A DNA stretch of 64,000 nt from Bdellovibrionota bacterium FG-1 (GTDB lineage Bacteria; Bdellovibrionota; UBA1018): assembly GCA_051382295.1 (NCBI GenBank), contig JBBCAW010000008.1, positions 128,001 to 192,000 of the forward strand, read 5' to 3'. Position numbers and translations under genes: made by a program. Positions within the stretch are counted from its first letter, which is position 1, and every line of letters begins with the position of its first letter. Shown piece after piece: positions 57,509-64,000 of the stretch. The notes under the pieces were generated by a model. That model worked only from the letters and a program-made list of their open reading frames with translations, did no database searches and was not told the DNA's origin.

Positions 57509-59922
57509 GGCGACTCTTCCTTTAACGCTTCACGCAAGCTTCGAGTTCCCCAAGTCGCCGAAGCAAAAACGGCAAATGCACTGATCGGCATCAAGACGGC
57601 CGCAAAAAGGGGACTCACTTTTCCAGTGGCTGCTGCCGAGATCACTCCCATGTTGTATATCAACGAAATGAAAAAATTACGACGGACCACTTTCATGGTT
57701 TCCCGTGCGATGCGCACCACTTGTGGGACACGGATCAGACCCGGCCTCGAAAGATAGACATCCGCAGCCCGAATGCTCGCCTCCAATCCGCCGTGAACTG
57801 CCATACTCACGAACGCAGAGGCCAAGGCCACCGCATCATTAGCCCCATCACCCACCATCAATGACTGTGACTCGCCCCCGACCACCGCTTTTTTCCGCTC
57901 CGGTGTCGCCCCAGAAAAGGCAAAAGAAGAATCCACACCCAATCGACGAGCCACCTGCGCTACAGCTTGAGCCGAATCACCGGACAAAATCGCTAGCTTT
58001 AATCCTAGCGATCTCATTTCGTCGATCGCCCGACCCGTATCCTGGCGAAGTGGATCCCCCAAGGAGGCGGTACCTAACAAGTCCAAGCCCCCCCAAAGAG
58101 AGACGCGGGTTTCAGGATCGTTTGAATGTGCTCCCAAACCTACCGCCCCCCCGCGGACGTCCGCCGCTCCCAACCGATAACTTTGACCAGAAACAACCCC
58201 CGAAACCCCTTCTCCCATGCGCTCGATAAAATTCGAAACCTCCGGCAAATCTGCACCGAGCAAAGGTTTAAAATGCCTCATCAAAGCCTGCGCAATCGGA
58301 TGTACGGAACGTGACTCCAGCGCGACAATGACTTCTGCTATCTCTGCCTCGGGCCGCTCAGATTGCCAAGTCAAAACACTGAAGCGCCCCTCAGTCAAAG
58401 TGCCGGTCTTATCTAAAAATACAGTCTTGATACGACTGAGACGCTCTAACACGTCCGCTCCTTTGATCAAGACTCCGCCACGCGCACAGCGCCCCAATGA
58501 AACCGCAAAGGTCAGGGGAGTCGCCAAAGCAAAAGCACAAGGGCAAGTCACCAGCGCTACTGCGAGCGCGCGGCTCAAAGCCTCTTCCCAACCGCCTGAC
58601 CATCCCGCCACAAAAACCAAAGGTAACAACAAAAGGGTCAAAGCAATAAAACCCTGGGAAACCCGGTCTGAAAAGGCCACAATCGGCGCCCTTTTTTGAA
58701 GACTGGCTTCCATGGACTCGAAAATTTTTCCAACGCGCGTTTCCCGTCCCGACCGAGACACGCGAATGACCAACGGGGATTGTAAATTCAGGGTACCCGC
58801 AAATATCCCCATCCCGACGTCGACACGCTCCGGACGGGCCTCCCCAGTTAAAAGCGAGGCATTAATGGCACTCCGCCCTTCAAGCACCTCGCCGTCCACA
58901 GGAATACACTCCCCGGCCCATACCTCGACCGTGTCGCCCTCAACAAGATCCTCAACCCGCACCCTGCCACCCCCCTGAGAAGACCTTAACCTTGCTAACG
59001 AGGGAATCAGAAAATGAGCGAGGCTCGAGGCATTCAACGAGGACAGCTGTACCCTCCTCAGGAAATAGCGACTGGCTAATAGCAAAAAGACTAAGCTCGC
59101 CACAGAGTCAAAATAAATTCTTTTGTCGCCCCGAAAAAGGTTCACCACACTCACGGCATACGAAACACCCACGCCCACCGCAATCGGAACATCGATTGAA
59201 AGCTGCCTCATTCGAAGGGCCGCCCAGGACGACCGATAAAAAGGCTGAGCGCAATAGAAAATCACCGGCAAACACAACAAAAAACTCGCCCAGCGGAACT
59301 CCTGAGCAAGGCGGCCATCAGCGCCGGCATAAAGTGAAATCGCTAAAATCATCAAATTGCCCGCGGCCGCCCCGGCAATCCCTAATTGAATCAAAAGACG
59401 ACGATCCTCTTTTTTTCGAAGTACCTCAGCTTCAGAAGTTTTGATCGGATGAGCTCGGTAGCCGAGCTTAAGAAACTCCTCAGCCGCAGCCCCGTAGAAA
59501 CCCCCGCCAGTACCAAGCCGCACAGTCGCTACCGCACTCGAAAGATCCAGCCGAACGGACTCAACGCCCGGAACGAGGCGTGGCAACTTTTCAACTAACC
59601 AAACACACGCCGCGCAATGAACCCCCTCCAAATAAAAACGCATAGCGCCATCTTTTTCATAGAGAGCGCGTGTTTCAACCTGATCCAAATAATCATAGAC
59701 GCTCGGCTCCAACTCCCCGATGGGACGAAAAGACGATCCCGTTTGGGACCGAATGTCATAATAGCGAGAAAGACCGGCGCCTTGTAGAATTTTGTAAACA
59801 GTTTCACACCCCGCACAGCAAAACTGTGAACGCATTCGAGAAGGGACCCCTGTAGAACAATGCAGACAACGCCGCGATTCAAGCACGGCCGAAGTGGAAC
59901 CTACCGACTCGCTTGAAATCAT
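57505..59922 (-). CDS. ccoI: P1B-type copper ATPase
   Basis: CLHC/CCAGC, HCAAC, TGE, CPCA, DKTGT, GDGAND; cco context. Confidence 0.92.
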   Translation of the reverse strand: MISSESVGSTSAVLESRRCLHCSTGVPSRMRSQFCCAGCETVYKILQGAGLSRYYDIRSQTGSSFRPIGELEPSVYDYLDQVETRALYEKDGAMRFYLEGVHCAACVWLVEKLPRLVPGVESVRLDLSSAVATVRLGTGGGFYGAAAEEFLKLGYRAHPIKTSEAEVLRKKEDRRLLIQLGIAGAAAGNLMILAISLYAGADGRLAQEFRWASFLLCLPVIFYCAQPFYRSSWAALRMRQLSIDVPIAVGVGVSYAVSVVNLFRGDKRIYFDSVASLVFLLLASRYFLRRVQLSSLNASSLAHFLIPSLARLRSSQGGGRVRVEDLVEGDTVEVWAGECIPVDGEVLEGRSAINASLLTGEARPERVDVGMGIFAGTLNLQSPLVIRVSRSGRETRVGKIFESMEASLQKRAPIVAFSDRVSQGFIALTLLLLPLVFVAGWSGGWEEALSRALAVALVTCPCAFALATPLTFAVSLGRCARGGVLIKGADVLERLSRIKTVFLDKTGTLTEGRFSVLTWQSERPEAEIAEVIVALESRSVHPIAQALMRHFKPLLGADLPEVSNFIERMGEGVSGVVSGQSYRLGAADVRGGAVGLGAHSNDPETRVSLWGGLDLLGTASLGDPLRQDTGRAIDEMRSLGLKLAILSGDSAQAVAQVARRLGVDSSFAFSGATPERKKAVVGGESQSLMVGDGANDAVALASAFVSMAVHGGLEASIRAADVYLSRPGLIRVPQVVRIARETMKVVRRNFFISLIYNMGVISAAATGKVSPLFAAVLMPISAFAVFASATWGTRSLREALKEESP

Positions 59923-59923
59923 T

Positions 59924-59954
59924 ATATTCCCTCATAATATTCCCTCATATTCCC
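59924..59954 (+). repeat. Short tandem repeat (ATATTCCCTCAT x2 plus a partial copy)
   Basis: ATATTCCC at 59924, 59937 and 59947. Confidence 0.8.
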
Positions 59955-60016
59955 ACCAGTAAAAGTTGCTGTTTTAACGCGCCTATGAGAGGTTTCATAA
60001 CAAATATTGGGGATTT

Positions 60017-61483
60017 ATGAACGCAAAAAAGGGAAGAATTGTCATTATCGATGATGATCATGAGATGCGGTCACTGCTCGAAGATTTTTTAAGCAGCGCG
60101 GGCTATCAAGTGACCAGTTTTCCATTGGCTACCGAAGCACTTCAAGCCCTCAGTCCTGACGGACGCCTATCGGCGTCAGCGTTGGAAGGAGAAATTGACG
60201 TCATTATCTCGGACATAAAAATGCCGCAAATGGACGGCCTCGAATTTACCTCACGGGTGCGTTCCCTCCGACCCGAAATCCCCACCATTCTGATCACAGC
60301 TTTTGGGAGTATCGAGACCGCAATCGAGGCTATGAAGCGGGGAGCTTTCCACTATGTGGTCAAGCCATTTAAGCTCTCCGAAATGGGCGTAAATGTTGAG
60401 AGGGCCCTCGAACATCGCAGGCTTCAAAGAGACAATATGGTTCTACGAAAGGAAATCAAAAAGACCTACAGCTTGGGTAGAACAGGTGACGTCATCGGCA
60501 GAAGTCCTGCCATGCGCCAGGTCTTCGACCTCGTCGCGCGAGTTTCACAGGCTACGGCAAATATTCTCATTACGGGCGAAAGCGGCACGGGAAAGGAAAT
60601 TATCGCTCGCGCGATTCACAACACCGGGCCGCGCGCGACTAAACCTTTTGTAGCCATTAACTGTACGGCCATTCCAGAAACCCTGCTTGAAAGCGAGCTT
60701 TTTGGTCATGCTAAAGGATCATTCACCGGCGCAATTCAACGCAAACGAGGACTATTTGAGGAAGCCCATGGCGGCACGCTCTTTCTCGACGAAATCGGAG
60801 ATATGGATGTATCCCTTCAATCGAAGCTTTTACGGGTAATTCAGGAGAAAAAGGTTCGGGCAGTGGGAGATAACGTCTCTCACGATGTGGACGTCCGGAT
60901 CATTGCCGCAACCCATAAAGACATCAAATCAGCCATGAAAGACGGTCGTTTTCGAGACGATCTCTATTATCGACTCAGTGTGATTCCCATTGTGATCCCC
61001 CCCCTGCGTCACCGACCCGAGGATATTCCGGCATTGGCTGAGCATTTTTTACGCAAATCCGCGGCGGCCAACAATGTGGCTGTTCACGGCTTTACCAAGC
61101 GTGCCATGGCCAAACTCCTGGGTCGTCGCTGGGAAGGGAATGTTCGGGAACTCGAAAACCTCATCGAACGGACGACGGTGCTTTGTCCGAACCCCTTAAT
61201 CGACGAGTCTGACATTCCAGCCCCGGATACTTCCAATGCCGAGCAATTTTTTGTAGGATCCACGCAGGATTCCCCCTCCATCGATCAGCTCGAGGAGCGA
61301 TATATCCGCCTTGTCCTTGAAAAAACCGGCGGCCGTAAGGATAAGGCCTCGCAGATTCTGGGCGTGAATCGACGAACGCTTTATCGAAAACTCAAGCAAT
61401 ATGGCTTATCGGATGGAACGGGCGAGGAGCATTTCGAGGAAGATTCGCACAACCACGACCCTCAAGATCACCACGAACACTAA
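60017..61483 (+). CDS. Sigma54-dependent response regulator (NtrC/AtoC family)
   Basis: REC, GESGTGKE, GSFTGA, WEGNVREL, HTH. Confidence 0.95.
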   Translation: MNAKKGRIVIIDDDHEMRSLLEDFLSSAGYQVTSFPLATEALQALSPDGRLSASALEGEIDVIISDIKMPQMDGLEFTSRVRSLRPEIPTILITAFGSIETAIEAMKRGAFHYVVKPFKLSEMGVNVERALEHRRLQRDNMVLRKEIKKTYSLGRTGDVIGRSPAMRQVFDLVARVSQATANILITGESGTGKEIIARAIHNTGPRATKPFVAINCTAIPETLLESELFGHAKGSFTGAIQRKRGLFEEAHGGTLFLDEIGDMDVSLQSKLLRVIQEKKVRAVGDNVSHDVDVRIIAATHKDIKSAMKDGRFRDDLYYRLSVIPIVIPPLRHRPEDIPALAEHFLRKSAAANNVAVHGFTKRAMAKLLGRRWEGNVRELENLIERTTVLCPNPLIDESDIPAPDTSNAEQFFVGSTQDSPSIDQLEERYIRLVLEKTGGRKDKASQILGVNRRTLYRKLKQYGLSDGTGEEHFEEDSHNHDPQDHHEH

Positions 61484-61491
61484 TCAACCGG

Positions 61492-62430
61492 TCATTTCGA
61501 GTTCCTCACCACCCAAACAGGACAGTGCGCCTCGCGCACCACTTGGCGAGCAATACTTCCCAAAAATGCTGACGTAAGCCGTCCACTTTGAGCAGCTAAC
61601 GCAATCATTCCCATTTTTTTATTTCGAGCCATTTCTAAAATTTCGCTCGCAACACTCGACACTTCTGAACTGAAAACAGCCTCTGCATCGACGTCCTCGG
61701 TTTTGGCTCGATCCACCCATTGCGCAGCCCGATCGCGCTTTTCTTTTTCTTCTCGCTGAAGAAAATCCCCCACCGGCATCCATCCGGGCCCGCCCATATA
61801 AACGCCGCCCTGTAACACGGGATCGATGGGTTGACGGACTGCGTGAAATAAAACCAGACGAGCGCCCAGCTGTTTTGCAAGCCTCAACACCAGCGCAAAC
61901 ACCTTATCAGAGCCAGGGCTAAAATCAGTCGAAAACAATATGCTATCGATCGGATTGAGTTCGACCTCTGGACCTACGGTCAGTAAAGGGATTTTGGCAT
62001 CCAGCAAAAGAGTTTCCGTAAAACTTCCTAAAAACAGACGACTCAACCCCTTGCGAGCGTGGGTTCCGACAGCGATCAAGTCTGCCTTGGTCTTTACGGC
62101 ATACTGAAGAAGCGCCCGAACAGAGTGCCGATGAGAAGCAGTCCGTCCGAACAAAACCACGGGCTTGGAAAGCTCAGAAAATTCAGCACCCGCCAAAACT
62201 ACTTTCAGCGCTTTTTCGGCCAACGGCCCATACTCTTTGAGCCAAGGGTCGGTAAAATTGATAGGTAAGTTGAACTCGGCGGGCCCCAGCACATAGACAG
62301 GCGCAACTCGCGCTCCGGTTTTTTTGGAAATCTGTTTTAAAAGATGAATCAAAGAAGATCGCGTCACGCTCTCCCCTTCAAAAGCATCCAAGGCCCAAAC
62401 AATTCGCCGCAAACCTTTTCTTTCAGCCAT
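61492..62430 (-). CDS. Tandem-domain universal stress protein
   Basis: GTHARKG...LGSFTE, STDFS, LGSIARQVVREAHCPV. Confidence 0.92.
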   Translation of the reverse strand: MAERKGLRRIVWALDAFEGESVTRSSLIHLLKQISKKTGARVAPVYVLGPAEFNLPINFTDPWLKEYGPLAEKALKVVLAGAEFSELSKPVVLFGRTASHRHSVRALLQYAVKTKADLIAVGTHARKGLSRLFLGSFTETLLLDAKIPLLTVGPEVELNPIDSILFSTDFSPGSDKVFALVLRLAKQLGARLVLFHAVRQPIDPVLQGGVYMGGPGWMPVGDFLQREEKEKRDRAAQWVDRAKTEDVDAEAVFSSEVSSVASEILEMARNKKMGMIALAAQSGRLTSAFLGSIARQVVREAHCPVWVVRNSK

Positions 62431-62606
62431 AAGTTTTTCCCTGCAAAAATTTTATCCGATTTTACTATTGATGTAACGTCCTATTCCTAGCGAGGTGCAA
62501 AAGAACCTTCGAAATGACCGAACACAAATACGGATGCGTGATTGTCAAACACCATAAAAGAGCACTATAAACATGAGTTGCAACATCATAAGGGAGCGAA
62601 TGGATC

Positions 62607-63782
62607 ATGAAGGTTTGGCGTGGCGGGTGGTTTTTGGGAGGTTTACTAATTATGCAGGGGGCTCAAGCCTCTCAGAAACCACACCAGAACGTGGTGATGA
62701 TAGACCTCTATCAGGCACTCGCGGAGCTTGTGACTGACCTGAGTAGCGATCAGCGTTTTTTGAACCCAGCTCATCAAGCAAGAATTGAAAAAAACACGAA
62801 GAAAATCGTACTTTTTGCGCATAATCTAAAAAACTCGGAGTCAGGTGCGGCAGATCAGGATCCTACCATCCAAATCGTGGGTGAGCTTTTTGCTGACGAA
62901 GCCAAGCGCGCCTATCAATCCTTAAAATGGGGACATAAAATCTACGCGCGCGAACTCCTGCGGGGCATGACCCATTATTGCATCGCCTGTCACACGCGGA
63001 CAGATCGGGGTGCCCGGTTTTCGGAACTCTCGATCAAACCGACCATCAACAACCTGCGACCAGCGGAGCTGGGAGAGTTTTATGCCGCAACCCGGCAATT
63101 CGACCGCGCCCTGACGGAACTTCAAAAAGTAATCGAATCTGGCGAAACTCATAACATCCGCCCCAACGAGTGGAACAACGCAGTTCGACAGGCGCTAGCG
63201 ATCGCCGTACGAGTCAAGCGTAGTCCTGAATTAGCGCTCAAGTTGGTTGAACAGGCCCTACAAGTCAAATCCAGCCCTTTCTTCTTTAAACAAGACGCTC
63301 AGGCTTGGCGTCTTTCCATCCAAGAATGGACCCAAGAACCCAAGCGACAGCCCCTAGACGAAGAAGGCTTGCATACCGAAGCCATTCGCCTTTTAACAAA
63401 AGCACACGAAACCCAAAAATATCCAGCCGATCGTACAGCAGATATTTTTTACTTGCGCGCGTCCTCAGTGGTTCATGATCTTCTTCAAAAAGGCCCTCAG
63501 AGTAAATACGCCGCCGAGGCCTATTTGATGGCCGGCATCTGTTATGATGTCTTGCGTCCCTTTGGCTTGGGTGAGCTGCACGAAATTTACTTCGAAGCCT
63601 GTATTCGGCGAGCATCCCATTCACCCTTGGCTGAAACTTGTTACCATCACTTACAAGAAAGTGTTTTTGAGGGCTTCACGGGAAGCGCTGGTACCGACAT
63701 TCCAGAAGATGTTCGTCAAAAGCTCAAACTCCTGGAAGCACTTGCGACCCCGCTTCCGATTACCAACACCGAAAAACCCTAA
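62607..63782 (+). CDS. Exported mono-heme c-type cytochrome with TPR-like region
   Basis: Signal peptide, CIACH at the end of a helical bundle, helical repeats. Confidence 0.65.
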   Translation: MKVWRGGWFLGGLLIMQGAQASQKPHQNVVMIDLYQALAELVTDLSSDQRFLNPAHQARIEKNTKKIVLFAHNLKNSESGAADQDPTIQIVGELFADEAKRAYQSLKWGHKIYARELLRGMTHYCIACHTRTDRGARFSELSIKPTINNLRPAELGEFYAATRQFDRALTELQKVIESGETHNIRPNEWNNAVRQALAIAVRVKRSPELALKLVEQALQVKSSPFFFKQDAQAWRLSIQEWTQEPKRQPLDEEGLHTEAIRLLTKAHETQKYPADRTADIFYLRASSVVHDLLQKGPQSKYAAEAYLMAGICYDVLRPFGLGELHEIYFEACIRRASHSPLAETCYHHLQESVFEGFTGSAGTDIPEDVRQKLKLLEALATPLPITNTEKP

Positions 63783-63786
63783 AGGC

Positions 63787-63999
63787 TTAGACAATGATAT
63801 CCATCTCAGGTCGCCAATACCCATTCCACTGTTTCATTCTCACCTTCGGTCGAGGCGAGGGCAGCACCACGCCCCCTTCTGGAGGAGCGGCCGAATGGGG
63901 GTACTCAACAAAAGCGTAGGTCAATCGGGTTTTTTGCCCGTAATCTCCCAATTCTAAATTGGTACACTCGTTCCAGCTTCCCTCATTAAAGTACTCTTT
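63787..63999 (-). CDS. C-terminus of a protein entering from the right edge, possibly a metallophosphoesterase
   Basis: Open frame KEYFNEGSWNE...WRPEMDIIV*; YFNxGxW resembles the last calcineurin-like motif. Confidence 0.5.
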   Translation of the reverse strand, partial: KEYFNEGSWNECTNLELGDYGQKTRLTYAFVEYPHSAAPPEGGVVLPSPRPKVRMKQWNGYWRPEMDIIV

Positions 64000-64000
64000 A

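Noticed and set aside
62468..62481. FNR box upstream of the USP gene
   Set aside because: Only the TTGAT half-site matches.
1..64000. CRISPR array, rRNA, tRNA, intact IS/transposase or prophage
   Set aside because: No regularly spaced repeats, cloverleafs or matching ORFs were seen; intergenic gaps are short.

Overview
A gene-dense bacterial chromosomal segment. It is most likely Bdellovibrionota/Oligoflexia-like, inferred from a TIGR02147-family gene, a Bdellovibrio-type HNH protein, a fused CcoNO cbb3 oxidase and several lineage-style secreted proteins. Housekeeping blocks include oppA (partial), ccdA + VKOR-DsbA + tatD, yhaM, dinB, a glpT-like MFS transporter, ygfZ, fabI and add. They also include iscR-iscS-iscU-iscA-hscB-hscA-fdx followed by an orphan oppA, psd/proC/kdsC, kdsB-pyrG-kdsA, and the cbb3 cluster ccoI-S-NO-Q-P-G. 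Signalling: an HDOD / PAS-kinase / sigma54-activator operon is flanked on both sides by sigma54-like promoters, one in front of a diguanylate cyclase and one in front of a Met/His-rich secreted protein. The accessory region at about 31.0-37.9 kb is the most interesting part. It contains a head-to-head junction of truncated XRE and HNH genes, and a TIGR02147 regulator with a palindromic operator coupled to an unannotated 32-aa ORF and a secreted protein. It also contains an exact 24-bp direct repeat bracketing 3.4 kb (Xis-like HTH, Schlafen/AlbA_2-ATPase, possible integrase remnant) and a three-gene Zn-finger / small protein / nucleotidyltransferase operon. The SulP gene appears to carry a large in-frame deletion. 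I saw no rRNA, tRNA, CRISPR array or intact transposase/integrase. All family calls come from motif recognition by eye, not from database searches.
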